35,043 nt of DNA from an uncultured Planctomycetaceae bacterium (GCA_903885855.1 CAISKG010000486.1:1-35043); one strand, 5' to 3'; shown: positions 7,543 through 23,333, counted from the stretch's first letter. Notes: generated by a model from the sequence alone, not told the origin. Program-made: numbers and translations.

Positions 7543-8451
7543 TCAGACCTTCTCCCTCGTCCGGCGGCCGAGCAGGCCCTCGGGACGGAACACGAGGATC
7601 ACGATCAGGATCGCGAACACGATCGCCCCGGTCCAGCGCTCCCCCACGTAGGCGCTCGACAGCGCCCGCACCAGGCCGATCACCAGGCCCCCGAGGACCG
7701 CACCGGGGATGCTGCCGATGCCGCCCAGCACGGCGGCGGTGAAGGCGTAGAGGCCGTTCTGGAACCCCATCTGGAAGCCGATGGTGTTGATGTACAGGCC
7801 GTAGATCACGCTGGCGGCGCCGCCGAGGAAGCCGCCGATGAAGAAGGTGGCGGCGATCACGCGATCGACGTCGACCCCCACCAGCGCCGCGGCCACGGGA
7901 TCCTGCGAGACCGCGCGCATCGCCTTGCCCAGGCGCGTGGTGCGCACCAGCAGCGACAGCCCCACCATCAGCGGCACGACGACGAGGACCACGAGGAGGT
8001 CCTTGAGGGTGAACTGCAGCCCGTCGTGGGCGAGGAGATTCGTGGAGGGCACCAGGTCGGGAAAGGAGCGGTCGGCGGGCCCGAGCCAGAACAGCCCGGC
8101 GTTCATGAAGATGAACGACACGCCGATCGCCGACACCAGCGGCGCGAGCTTGGGGGCGTTGCGCAGCGGCTTGTAGACGATCCGGTCGACCGCCACGTTG
8201 AGTCCGCCGCAGAACAGTCCGCAGAGGAGCACCAGGGCCGCGACCCCCGCCCAGGTCGCCGCCCCGCCGCCGGCCGCGATGCCGAGGGCGCCCACGAGCG
8301 TCAGCGCCAGGCAGGCACCGAGCATGATCAGGTCGCCGTGGGCGAAATTGATCAGCCCGATGATGCCGTAGACCATCGTGTAGCCGAGCGCCACCAGCGC
8401 CACCAGGGCGCCGTTGGTCAGGCCGATGAGGCACTGTTGGAGGAAGAACAC
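7543..8451 (-). CDS. livH: HAAT ABC transporter permease, LivH type
   Basis: ALGYTMVYGIIGLINFAHGD, TRLGKAMRAVSQD, AFTAAVLGGIGSIPGA and RPEGLLG. Confidence 0.95.
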   Translation of the reverse strand: MFFLQQCLIGLTNGALVALVALGYTMVYGIIGLINFAHGDLIMLGACLALTLVGALGIAAGGGAATWAGVAALVLLCGLFCGGLNVAVDRIVYKPLRNAPKLAPLVSAIGVSFIFMNAGLFWLGPADRSFPDLVPSTNLLAHDGLQFTLKDLLVVLVVVPLMVGLSLLVRTTRLGKAMRAVSQDPVAAALVGVDVDRVIAATFFIGGFLGGAASVIYGLYINTIGFQMGFQNGLYAFTAAVLGGIGSIPGAVLGGLVIGLVRALSSAYVGERWTGAIVFAILIVILVFRPEGLLGRRTREKV

Positions 8452-8500
8452 TCGGCTGATCCCGGCGGAGGGGCCCCTGCGGGCTCGGTACGGAAGGAGC

Positions 8501-9781
8501 TCACGAAGAAGGGGGCGCGTCGGGGGCGGGAGCCACGGGAGCGGGGTCGGGGGCGTCGGCGAGCGTGGCCCCGTCGAGGATCTCGAACAGCTCGAAGCGG
8601 CCGCCGCGGACGACGTTCACCGTCAGCGTCCGCAGCGTCGTGTCGCCGTTGTCGTCGAAGCCCCAATGGCCCAGCGCTCCGTCGAAGTCGCGGATCGCCA
8701 GCGCCGCGTCGGTGATCGCGCGCCGGTCCTTCACGCCGGCGGTGGCGATGGCGTGCAGGGCCACGCGTGCCGCCTCGTAGCCGTAGACGGCGTAGGCCTC
8801 GGGGAATTCGCCGTAGCGATCGCGGTAGCGGGCGACGAACTCCCCCCCCTTCCCCTCGAGCCGCTCCGGCGGCAGCCCGCCGAAGGTGACGTAGCAACGC
8901 TCCTCGAGATTCGCGGCCCCGGCCGAATCGATGAACACCTGCTCGAGGCAGCCGTCGGGCACCATCAGGTCGGCGCCGATCCCGGCGGCCGCCATGTCCT
9001 TGGCGAGCTGCCCCCCCTTGCTCTGCGTCGTGCCGCCGAAATAGACGAGGTCGGGACCGGCGGCCTTGATGCTCGCCATCAACGATTTGAACTCCTGCGC
9101 CTTGGCGTCGATCGAGTCGTGGCCGAGGACCTCGATCCCCAGTTCCCGGCAGCGTTCCTCGAAGAGGTCGGCGATTCCCTTCCCGTAGACCTCGTTGTCG
9201 TCGAGGATGTAGACGCGTTTCTTGTTCCGCCGCGCCGCCCAATCGGCCGCCATCGGCCCCTGCAGGTCGTCGGCCGGCACCACGCGGGTGTAGTTGCGCC
9301 GGCCGGTCGGACGGTAGACCTCCGGCTCCCCCGGCATGCCGAGGCCCGGCTTGGTGAGCCCCACGGCGGTGTTCGCCGGCGACACCATGAGCAAGTCGCC
9401 GAGGTTGAGGATCGGCATCGAGACCTTCGCCGCGCCGGAGTTGAAGGTGCCGATGTAGGCGCAGACGTCGGGATCCTGGAGGGCCCGCCGCGCGTTGGCC
9501 GCCTCGGCCTCGCTCGTCCACTGCCCCGCGGCGGCGGTGGAATCGTCGAGGTCGAGATACTCGACGCGGTACGGGCCGACCCGCCCCCCGGCCTCCTCGA
9601 TCGCCATCCGGATCCCGCGCACCAGCGTGTCCGACTGGTGCTTCGCCGATCCGGTGCGTGGCAGCGAGCTGACGATCTTGACCAGGTCGGGATCGGCCGG
9701 GCGGCACCCCGGCAGCCCCCATGCCGCCACGAGGGCGGCGAGGAACAGGGCCCGGCGGCGGCACGACGCGGGAAATGGCAT
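8501..9781 (-). CDS. HAAT ABC transporter substrate-binding lipoprotein (LivJ/LivK family)
   Basis: Signal peptide with lipobox LPG-C; IGTFNSG, DDNEVYGKGIA, YAVYGYEAA and FDDNGD are typical of this family. First gene of the operon. Confidence 0.92.
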   Translation of the reverse strand: MPFPASCRRRALFLAALVAAWGLPGCRPADPDLVKIVSSLPRTGSAKHQSDTLVRGIRMAIEEAGGRVGPYRVEYLDLDDSTAAAGQWTSEAEAANARRALQDPDVCAYIGTFNSGAAKVSMPILNLGDLLMVSPANTAVGLTKPGLGMPGEPEVYRPTGRRNYTRVVPADDLQGPMAADWAARRNKKRVYILDDNEVYGKGIADLFEERCRELGIEVLGHDSIDAKAQEFKSLMASIKAAGPDLVYFGGTTQSKGGQLAKDMAAAGIGADLMVPDGCLEQVFIDSAGAANLEERCYVTFGGLPPERLEGKGGEFVARYRDRYGEFPEAYAVYGYEAARVALHAIATAGVKDRRAITDAALAIRDFDGALGHWGFDDNGDTTLRTLTVNVVRGGRFELFEILDGATLADAPDPAPVAPAPDAPPSS

Positions 9782-9787
9782 GCGAGA

Positions 9788-9793
9788 ATCGTA
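9788..9793 (-). promoter_or_regulatory. Putative -10 box (TACGAT) 6 nt before the substrate-binding protein ATG
   Basis: Minus strand: ttTACGATtctcgcATG, with no Shine-Dalgarno. Confidence 0.45.
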
Positions 9794-9864
9794 AAACCGC
9801 CCCATGGCCCCCGCAACGGGCCCGCCGTACCGCGATCGGCCCGCCGCCGCGGCCTCCGGCGGGC

Positions 9865-12189
<2,325 letters not shown>

Positions 12190-12295
12190 GGGGCGACCGG
12201 CGCGGGGCGGGGAAACATGTCAGTCTACCCGCCGGCGACGGCGCCCGCGGGCGGCGATTTGCCCGGGCCATCGTCCGCCGCGCATGATGGCGTTC

Positions 12296-13621
12296 ATGAG
12301 CACCACCACTTCCCCGTTCGTGGCCCGCGTGGCCCTCTGGTCCGTCGCCCTCGCCGGCTGCCTCGCCGCCGCCGCGCCCGCCGCCCGGGCCGACGAGCCG
12401 GCGGCGCTGGTGCTGCCCGACACCGACGACGGCCTTCCCGGCGTCGGCCCGATCCGGCGCTACGACTGGTTCAGGAACCTGTGGAAGGAACGCCGCGGGG
12501 CGTGGGCCGGGCGGAAAGCCGCCGATGCGCGGGCGCTGGTGTTCCTCGGCGACTCGATCACGCAGGGCTTCGGCGATGACTTCAAAAACGCCTTCCCCGG
12601 CGCCAAGCTCGCCAACCGCGGCATCAGCGGCGACACCACCCGCGGCATGCTCCTCAGGCTCGCCGACGACGTGCTGGCCCTCGACCCCGCCGGCGTGGTG
12701 ATGCTCATGGGCACCAACGACCTGGAGGAGGGGGCGGCGCCGGAGGCCATCGCCGCCAACGTGAAGGCGATCGTCGCGGCGATCGAGGCCAAGAACCCGC
12801 GCACGCCGATCGTCCTCTGCCAGGTCTTCCCCAGCGCCGCGGAGAAGCAGCGGCCCGCCGAGAAGATCAAGGAGGTCAACCGCCTCGTCGCCGAGGGCGT
12901 GAAGGGGGATCCGCGCGTCCGCCTGATCGACACCTGGACGCTGTTCGCCGACGCGAAGGGCGACGCCAAGCCGGAGGAATTCCCCGATCTCCTCCATCCC
13001 AACGACGCCGGCTACGCCAGATGGGCCGCCGCCATCCGGCCCGTCCTCGAGACGCTCGAGCTCGTGCCCGCGCCGGTCGACGACTTCCAGTGCGAGCCCG
13101 GCTTCGAGATGCTCTTCAACGGCCGCGACCTCACCGGCTGGGGCTACCGGGACCAGCCCACGCTCGGGCGGCAGCTCGATCTCGACGGCCGCACCTCGAG
13201 CCCCGACGGCCGCTACATCGTCCGGCACGGCCGGATCGTCGTCACCACGCCCCCCGAGGGACGGCGCGTGGAGCAGCTGTGGACGACGCGGGAGCTGACC
13301 GGCAACTTCATCCTCAAGCTCGAGTTCCGCGCCACTCCCACCGCCGACAGCGGCGTCTTCATCCGCGCCCCGCAGCTGCAGTGCCGCGACTACCTCCTCG
13401 CCGGCCCGTACAAGGAGCTCAAGCACTACAAGCCGCAGGACTGGAACGAGCTCATCGTCACCGTCATCGACGGGAAGGCGATGTGCCGCTGCCACGACGA
13501 GATCCTCGAGGTGGCGTTGCCGGTGCCGGCGAGCGGCCCGATCGGTCTGGAGGGCGACTCGGGGCAACTCGAATACCGGCGCATCCGAATCGCGAAGGTG
13601 CCCCCGGTGTCCGGGGAATAA
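12296..13621 (+). CDS. Secreted SGNH/GDSL esterase fused to a C-terminal DUF1080 domain
   Basis: Signal peptide ending ARA-DE; FLGDSIT, NRGISGDTT, GTND and DLLHPN; then LFNGRDLTGW...NFILKLEFR...DSGVFIR...WN...GPIGLE. Start is 12296 or 12284. Confidence 0.88.
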   Translation: MSTTTSPFVARVALWSVALAGCLAAAAPAARADEPAALVLPDTDDGLPGVGPIRRYDWFRNLWKERRGAWAGRKAADARALVFLGDSITQGFGDDFKNAFPGAKLANRGISGDTTRGMLLRLADDVLALDPAGVVMLMGTNDLEEGAAPEAIAANVKAIVAAIEAKNPRTPIVLCQVFPSAAEKQRPAEKIKEVNRLVAEGVKGDPRVRLIDTWTLFADAKGDAKPEEFPDLLHPNDAGYARWAAAIRPVLETLELVPAPVDDFQCEPGFEMLFNGRDLTGWGYRDQPTLGRQLDLDGRTSSPDGRYIVRHGRIVVTTPPEGRRVEQLWTTRELTGNFILKLEFRATPTADSGVFIRAPQLQCRDYLLAGPYKELKHYKPQDWNELIVTVIDGKAMCRCHDEILEVALPVPASGPIGLEGDSGQLEYRRIRIAKVPPVSGE

Positions 13622-13645
13622 GTCGTCCATGGCCCACCGGCCGCG

Positions 13646-14596
13646 TCAGGCCGGCTCGATCGTCACCCCGTCCGCGAGGCGCGCCACCGCCGCTCCGTCG
13701 AGCCTCCCGGCCAGCGGCAGGCGGCAGTTGTCGGCGGCGCAGGCGAAGCCCAGGCGCACCGCGTCGAGCGGCCCCGCGCCGCCCGCCGTGGCGGCGGCGA
13801 ATCCCGCCGCCAGGCAGTCGCCGCAGCCGATCGGATTCACGATCCGCTCCGGCCGCGGCGGCCGGACACGGAATCGCCCCCCGGCCCCGACCAGGAGCGC
13901 CGGCCGGGCGCCGTCGGTGACGAGCACCCACGCCGCGCCGCGTCGGTGGAGCCCCTCCATCGCCGCGAACGCGTCGCCGTCGTCCTCGAGCGCGCACCGT
14001 GCGGTCGTGGCGAGCTCCGCCCGGTTGGGCTTCACGAGCCGGGGTCGCGCGGGGAGCGCCTCGAGCAGCTCGGGCCCGCGGGCGTCGAGGATCGCCGGGC
14101 AGGGGGTGCGCTCGAGGAGCTCGCGGTAGAGCGTGGCGGGGGTGCCGGCCGGGAGCGATCCGGAGAGCACCACCGCGGCGGCCCCGGCGACGGCGCGGCC
14201 GTAGGCCTCGACGAAGGCGGCGAGCTCGTCGGCGCCGATCGCGCCGGCGTTCTCCACCAGCTCGGTCGTACGGCCCCCCTCGCCCTCGAGGAGCGTGGTG
14301 CAGGTGCGCGTCCGGCCGCGCGTGGGCACGGCGTCGAGCCCGATCCCCAAGCCCGCCATCTCGGCTGCGGTCGCCGCGGCGGGAGCCCCCCCGAGGACCG
14401 TCACCGCCCGCGTCGGACACCCCAGGTGCGCGAGCGCCACCGCGACGTTGACCACCTTCCCGCTCGCGCAGTGCCAGGTCTCCTCCGCCCGGTTCACCTC
14501 TCCGGCCGCCAGCGCCGCGAAGCGCATGATGATCTGCCAGGCCGGGGAGAGGCCGGCGGCGACGACCGGGCCGGCGGGAAGCGGGAGGGCTGGCAT
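13646..14596 (-). CDS. PfkB-family carbohydrate kinase (1-phosphofructokinase-like)
   Basis: SGKVVNVA, VLSGSLPAG, LDARG, VKPNRAEL, VTDG and NPIGCGD (PfkB signature). Confidence 0.9.
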   Translation of the reverse strand: MPALPLPAGPVVAAGLSPAWQIIMRFAALAAGEVNRAEETWHCASGKVVNVAVALAHLGCPTRAVTVLGGAPAAATAAEMAGLGIGLDAVPTRGRTRTCTTLLEGEGGRTTELVENAGAIGADELAAFVEAYGRAVAGAAAVVLSGSLPAGTPATLYRELLERTPCPAILDARGPELLEALPARPRLVKPNRAELATTARCALEDDGDAFAAMEGLHRRGAAWVLVTDGARPALLVGAGGRFRVRPPRPERIVNPIGCGDCLAAGFAAATAGGAGPLDAVRLGFACAADNCRLPLAGRLDGAAVARLADGVTIEPA

Positions 14597-14672
14597 GGGA
14601 CGCCGCGGTTGGTGACGGGGGAGGGAAGCGAATAGTGTAAGGACGTCCGCCACGAGCCTCCGGGGATCCCCC

Positions 14673-17600
14673 ATGCCCGACGTCCGCCGCGTCGCCGCGA
14701 TCCTCGCGGCCCTCCACGGCCTGCCGGCCGCGCTCCCCGTGCGCGGCGACGATCCGCTCCCGCCCGGCGTGATCGTCCACCTCGACGCCGGCGACGCCGC
14801 CCCGGGCGCGGTCGACGGGCTCGTCGACCGCGCCGCGGCCGGCCGCCGCTTCGCGCAGCCCGTCGAGGGGGCACGGCCCGCCGCCGTGCGCGTCGGCGAC
14901 GCCACGGTGCTCCGCTTCGACGGCGTCGACGACCACCTGCGTGCCACCGGCACGGGCCTCGCCGCCGGGTCGCTCTCGCTCTTCGTCGTCGCCGCGCCGC
15001 ACGCCAATCCGGGGGATTTCCGCGGCTTCTTCGCCGCCAACGCCCCGGGGCGGCGCGACTACGAGTCGGGCTTCACCCTCGATCTCGGCCCCGGCCCCAC
15101 GCGCGCCTTCGATCAGGTCAACGTCGAGGGGGCGGGCTTCGGCGGGGCCCGCGATCTCGCCGGCTCGTCGGCTCCCTTCGGCACGCTCCACGTCCTCGAG
15201 GCGGTGGTGGACGGCGCCGCGGGGGAGGTGCGGCTGGCGATCGACGGCGTGCCCGAGGGGACGCGCCCCCTCGCCGCCGGGCCGGTGGCGCTCGACGAAT
15301 TGACCCTCGGGGCCCGCTACTACACCAACGGCCCCGGCGCCCAGCAGGTGCGCGGCGGCCTGCGCGGCGACGTCGCCGAGGTGATCCTCTTCGACCGCGT
15401 CCTCGACGCGGAGGAAACGCTGGCCGTGCGCCGCCGGCTCGCCGCCAGGCACGCGGCCCTCGGCGCGGCGCTGCCCGCCTCGCTCCCCCCGCCCCCGGGC
15501 GGCGGCGTGCCGCTCGAGCTCGTCGCCGATCCCCCGGCGATCCAAATGCTCGTGCCGGGCTTCGAGGTGCGCGAGCTGCCCGTGAGCCTCGCCAACGTCA
15601 ACAACGTGCGCTTCCGCGCCGACGGCACCCTCGTGACCCTCGGCTACGGGGGCGACATCCACCTCCTCCGCGACACCGACGGCGACGGCCTCGAGGACAG
15701 CGCGCGACGCTGGTACCACAACCAGGGCAGTCTCCGCGGCCCCATCGGCCTCCTCCTCACGCCGCCGGGGTACGAGCACGGCGACGGGATGTTCGTCGCC
15801 TCCAAGGGGAAGGTGTCGCTGTTGCTCGACCGCGACGGCGACGAAGCCGCCGACCACGAGCGCGTGGTGGCCGACGGCTGGCGGGAGATCGCCCAGAACG
15901 TCGACGCCACGGGATTGGCGATGGGCGCTGACGGCAGCCTGTACTTCGCCCTCGACGTGGCCGACTTCGCCAACGCCTACCTCCTCGACGCCGAGGGCCG
16001 GGCCCGCTACGACGTCCGCGACGAACGCGGCACGATCCAGCGCATCCTCCCCGACCTCTCCCGGCGCGAGACGGTCTGCACCGGGATGCGCTTCCCGATC
16101 GCGCTGGCCTTCAACGACCGGGGAGACCTGTTCTGCACCGAGCAGGAGGGGGCGACGTGGCTTCCCAACGGCAACCCCTTCGACGAACTGCTCCACGTGC
16201 GGCTCGACGGCACGGCCCCGCGCGCCAACGTCACCGGCATGCGGCACTTCGGCTTCCCGCCGCGCCACCCCGTCCACAATCCCGGCGTCATCGACGAGCC
16301 CTCAACCTTCGACTACGGCCCGCAGCACCAGTCGACCTGCGGCATGGTCTTCAATCCCGGCGTCGCCGCCGGCCGGCCGTTCGGGCCGCCGTCGTGGGCC
16401 GGCGACGCGATCGTCTGCGGCGAGTCGCGCGGGAAGCTGTGGCGGACGACGCTCGTGCCCACGCGCGAGGGCTACGTGGCCGACAGCCGGCTCATCGCCT
16501 GCCTGCAGATGCTCACCGTCGACGCCGCCGTGGCGCCCGACGGCGACCTCGTGGTGGCCTGCCATTCCGGCCCGCCCGATTGGGGCACCGGCCCCGCCGG
16601 CATCGGCCGGCTGTTCCGGATCTCGGCGCGGCGCCACCCCACCCCGCGCCCCGTCGCCGCCTGGGCCGAGGGGCCGGGCGAGATCCGCATCGCCTTCGAT
16701 CGCCCGGTCGATCCGTCGGCCCTCTCCGGGCTCGCCGCGGGCACGGTCGTGGAGTACGGCGCGAGTGTCCGCGCCGGCGACCGCTTCGAGACCCTCGAGC
16801 CCTCCTACGCGGTCGTCCAGGCGCAGAAGCTGGCCCCGCGCCACCGCCTCGCCGTGGCCTCGGCGGCGCTGACCGCCGACCGGCGCACCGTGGTCCTGGG
16901 CACCGCGGGGATCCCCGGGCGCACGCACCTGGCGGTGTCGCTCCCCTTCGCCGAGACCGACGGCGGCGAGGCCGATCGGCCCGGCGCCCTGCCCCGACAC
17001 GCGACGATCGACGTCGATGCCTCGACCGACGGCGTGACGGCGGCGTGGGTGCCGGCGGCCGACGCCGACGGGGGACCGGGACCGCGGGCGGGGTCGATCG
17101 CCGGCTGGCTTCCCCACCTCGATCTGGCCGTATCGCGCCGGCTCACGCTCGGCTCGGCGGGCCACGACGAGCTGTGGGAGCGGCTGCGCGGCCCGGGCCG
17201 GCTCGAACTCGCCACCCGGATCGACGCCACGCACCTGCTGCGCCCCGCCGTCCAACCGGGCAGCACCCTCGACCACCAGTGGCCCCCCGAGACGGCGACG
17301 ATCACGATCCGCGCGGATGGCGCGCTCGACGTGGCGGCGGCGGTGTCGGCCCGGCCGCTCGACGTGGCGGTCACGCGCGACGCGGCCGGCGACACGCTCG
17401 CCACCCTCACGCTCCCCCCCGGGTCGACCGAGCCGGTCGATGTGCGCCTGTCGCTGCCGACCGGCGGCCCGCGCCCGCCGCGCCTCGAGGTGGCCTTCCA
17501 CACCGACGAGGACGGCACGTTGCGGCCGCTGCCGCTCTCGCGCTTCATCCTTCCCTGGGCCTCCGCCGCCGCGGCCGATCCCCTCGCCGCCGCGCCGCGC

Positions 17601-18818
17601 CGCATCCCCGAGCTCGAGGGCGGCAGCTGGGGCCGCGGGCGGCGCGTGTTCCTCTCCGAGGCGGCCGGCTGCTCGAAGTGCCATGCGATCGGGGGCGGCG
17701 GGCCGGCGATCGGCCCCGATCTCGGCAATCTCGTCCACCGCGACCTCGCCGGCGTGACGCGCGACATCCGCCACCCCTCCTTCGCCATCAATCCCGACTT
17801 CACCACGCACGTCGTCCGGCTCGCCGACGGCCGCGTGCTCACCGGGGTGTTGCAGTCGCGTGACGGGAAGCTCCTCCTCGGCGACACCGAGGGACGCTGG
17901 ACGGAGCTCGATCGCGGGGCCATCGAGGGCGTCGAGCCGTCCCCCGTGTCGGTGATGCCGCAGGGCCTCCTCGACAAGCTCACGCCCGACGACGTGCGCG
18001 ACCTCCTCGCCTACCTCCTCCTCCCGGCCCCGGCGATGCCGCTGGAGTCGCCGCTCGACGCCCCGCCGGTGCGGTCGCGGGCGGAGGTCGCCGCGGCGCT
18101 CGCCGGCAGCGCGGGGGTGACGGCGCCGCGGCCGCTGTCGGTGGTGCTCGTCGACGGTGCCAAGGACCACGGCCCCGGCGAGCACGACTACCCGGCGTGG
18201 CGCGAGCGCTGGGTGCAGCTGCTGGCGGCGGCGGAGAACGTGCGCGTGGAGCCGGCGCGGGAGTTCCCCTCGGAGGAGCAGCTCGCCGCCGCCGACGTGC
18301 TCGTGTTCTTCCAGCGCGGCAGCTTCGGCCAGCGTCGCCCCGAGGCGCTCGACGCCTTCCTCGCCCGCGGCGGCGGGGCCGTCTACATCCACTGGGCGGT
18401 CGACGGCCGCGACCGCGCCGGGGACTTCGCCCGCCGCATCGGCCTGGCCGCCGAGGGCGGGGCGATCGCCTTCCGCCACGGTCCGCTCGAGCTGGCCTTC
18501 CCCGAGCGCGACCACCCGATCGTGCGCAACTTCGCCGGCCTCGCGCTCCACGACGAGAGCTACTGGCGGCTCACCGGCGACACCGCCGGGATCACGGTCC
18601 TGGCGACGAGCACCGAGGAGGGGACGCCGACCCCGCAGCTGTGGGTCAAGGAGGAGGGGGCGGGGCGCGTCTTCGTGAGCATCCCCGGGCACTACAGCTG
18701 GACGTTCGACGACCCGCTGTTCCGGATCCTGCTGCTGCGGGGCATCGCCTGGGCGGCCCACGAGCCGGTCGACCGCTTCAACGACCTGGTCACACCGGGC
18801 GCGCGCCTCGGCCGCTAG
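14673..18818 (+). CDS. Large PVC-type heme-binding protein: LamG-like domain, beta-propeller dehydrogenase-like domain, cytochrome c and C-terminal ThuA-like domain
   Basis: Signal-like N-terminus; LRFDGVDD...GDVAEVILFDRVL (LamG-like); PGFEVREL, DTDGDG and GMRFP (propeller); CSKCH...IGPDL...SVMPQGL (heme c with Met ligand); KDHGPGEHDY...DESYW...GRVFVSIPGH (ThuA). Confidence 0.88.
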   Translation: MPDVRRVAAILAALHGLPAALPVRGDDPLPPGVIVHLDAGDAAPGAVDGLVDRAAAGRRFAQPVEGARPAAVRVGDATVLRFDGVDDHLRATGTGLAAGSLSLFVVAAPHANPGDFRGFFAANAPGRRDYESGFTLDLGPGPTRAFDQVNVEGAGFGGARDLAGSSAPFGTLHVLEAVVDGAAGEVRLAIDGVPEGTRPLAAGPVALDELTLGARYYTNGPGAQQVRGGLRGDVAEVILFDRVLDAEETLAVRRRLAARHAALGAALPASLPPPPGGGVPLELVADPPAIQMLVPGFEVRELPVSLANVNNVRFRADGTLVTLGYGGDIHLLRDTDGDGLEDSARRWYHNQGSLRGPIGLLLTPPGYEHGDGMFVASKGKVSLLLDRDGDEAADHERVVADGWREIAQNVDATGLAMGADGSLYFALDVADFANAYLLDAEGRARYDVRDERGTIQRILPDLSRRETVCTGMRFPIALAFNDRGDLFCTEQEGATWLPNGNPFDELLHVRLDGTAPRANVTGMRHFGFPPRHPVHNPGVIDEPSTFDYGPQHQSTCGMVFNPGVAAGRPFGPPSWAGDAIVCGESRGKLWRTTLVPTREGYVADSRLIACLQMLTVDAAVAPDGDLVVACHSGPPDWGTGPAGIGRLFRISARRHPTPRPVAAWAEGPGEIRIAFDRPVDPSALSGLAAGTVVEYGASVRAGDRFETLEPSYAVVQAQKLAPRHRLAVASAALTADRRTVVLGTAGIPGRTHLAVSLPFAETDGGEADRPGALPRHATIDVDASTDGVTAAWVPAADADGGPGPRAGSIAGWLPHLDLAVSRRLTLGSAGHDELWERLRGPGRLELATRIDATHLLRPAVQPGSTLDHQWPPETATITIRADGALDVAAAVSARPLDVAVTRDAAGDTLATLTLPPGSTEPVDVRLSLPTGGPRPPRLEVAFHTDEDGTLRPLPLSRFILPWASAAAADPLAAAPRRIPELEGGSWGRGRRVFLSEAAGCSKCHAIGGGGPAIGPDLGNLVHRDLAGVTRDIRHPSFAINPDFTTHVVRLADGRVLTGVLQSRDGKLLLGDTEGRWTELDRGAIEGVEPSPVSVMPQGLLDKLTPDDVRDLLAYLLLPAPAMPLESPLDAPPVRSRAEVAAALAGSAGVTAPRPLSVVLVDGAKDHGPGEHDYPAWRERWVQLLAAAENVRVEPAREFPSEEQLAAADVLVFFQRGSFGQRRPEALDAFLARGGGAVYIHWAVDGRDRAGDFARRIGLAAEGGAIAFRHGPLELAFPERDHPIVRNFAGLALHDESYWRLTGDTAGITVLATSTEEGTPTPQLWVKEEGAGRVFVSIPGHYSWTFDDPLFRILLLRGIAWAAHEPVDRFNDLVTPGARLGR

Positions 18819-18923
18819 GGGAAGGTGGAAAAGTCATCCATGCCCCCACCGGCCGCGTGCCAGCCGCCGCATCCGGCGGCGGATCGGTGTGTCGACAGCG
18901 TGCCAGGGGGCCGCGGCCCGCCG

Positions 18924-19961
18924 TCAGGCCCCGCGCCGCGGCGCGAAGGCGGAGCGGAAATCGGCCCACCCCGAGGGAAACAGCGCCGACCGCAGCCGCG
19001 GCGTCGCCGCGATCACGCGCCCCGCCACCAGCGAGAGGGCGATCGTCGCCACGAGGATCCCCACCCCCATCCGCCACCCCGCCCCGTCGTCGACGCGGAG
19101 CACCGCGAGCAGCCCGTAGAAGATCAGCGTGTGGCAGAGGTAGATGACGAACGATTCCCGCCCCAGCAGCGCCAAGGCCCGCGAGACGCCCGCCGGCAGG
19201 GGCGCCGCGAACAGCGCCAGGAACGCCGCGAGCAGGAAGGCGTCCTGCACCAGCAGCGCGGGAAGGTCGAGCGACGCGACGCGGAACGTCGCCCCCGTGC
19301 GAAACAGCGCCGCCCCGGAGACGACGGCCGCGGCGGCGGCCGGCCAGAAGAGGGCCCCGGGCGCGACGCGCCCCCACACCGCCCGCGCGCAGGTCGCGGG
19401 GAAGAGGAGGAAGGCCGCCGTCCGCACGAACCAGGGCACGCCGCCGGGGAGGGTGTCCGGCAGGAGCGCCAGGGCGACGTGCACGACGGCGGCCACCGCC
19501 GGCACGAGCGCCCCGGCCCAGCGCCGCAGCGCCGTGTCGAAGAGCGTGAAGCTGATGAGCGCGGGGAGGAACCAGAGCATCGACACGCCCGCCACGCTCT
19601 TCAGCGACGCCTCGGTGGGGGCCACCACGCAGCGCACGAGCCCCAGGGGCAGCTCGCGGAGCCCGGCCCCGCGGCGCAGCACCACCGTGAACACGACCGC
19701 GTAGAGGACGAGGAACGCGAGGTAGGGGATCTCGTAGCGGAGGAGCTTGTCGACGAGCTTGCGCCGGTCGGGCAGCCCCTTCGACAGGCAGGCCGAGAGA
19801 AGGAAGAACGACTGCACGTGGAACAGGTACAGCATCCGCCGGAAATCGTCGTACGCCGACGTGATCAGCCCGTTGTGGCCGATGACGATGAGGAGGATGA
19901 GGATGCCCTTGAGGCGGTCGACGGCGATCGACGGCCCGTCCTTCGCGGCGTTGGGGTCCAT
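18924..19961 (-). CDS. Acyltransferase family 3 membrane protein
   Basis: DRLKGILILLIVIGH, YLFHVQSFFLLS, LWFLPAL and LGRESFVIYLCH; about 10 hydrophobic helices. Confidence 0.88.
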   Translation of the reverse strand: MDPNAAKDGPSIAVDRLKGILILLIVIGHNGLITSAYDDFRRMLYLFHVQSFFLLSACLSKGLPDRRKLVDKLLRYEIPYLAFLVLYAVVFTVVLRRGAGLRELPLGLVRCVVAPTEASLKSVAGVSMLWFLPALISFTLFDTALRRWAGALVPAVAAVVHVALALLPDTLPGGVPWFVRTAAFLLFPATCARAVWGRVAPGALFWPAAAAAVVSGAALFRTGATFRVASLDLPALLVQDAFLLAAFLALFAAPLPAGVSRALALLGRESFVIYLCHTLIFYGLLAVLRVDDGAGWRMGVGILVATIALSLVAGRVIAATPRLRSALFPSGWADFRSAFAPRRGA

Positions 19962-19998
19962 GCGCGGCCTCCCCGGGCCGATCCCTGCCGGCGGCGGC

Positions 19999-23256
<3,258 letters not shown>

Positions 23257-23333
23257 GGAGGGGGGGAAGGAGGGCCGGCCGGCGGGTGCGCGCGGCGCGG
23301 CGGGAGGGGACTGGCTCCGGGCAAACTCGGCAA

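Noticed and set aside
18863-18880. GCCGCCG-catc-CGGCGGC hairpin between convergent genes as a terminator
   Set aside because: A 7-bp GC stem without a U-tract is easily produced by chance at this GC content.
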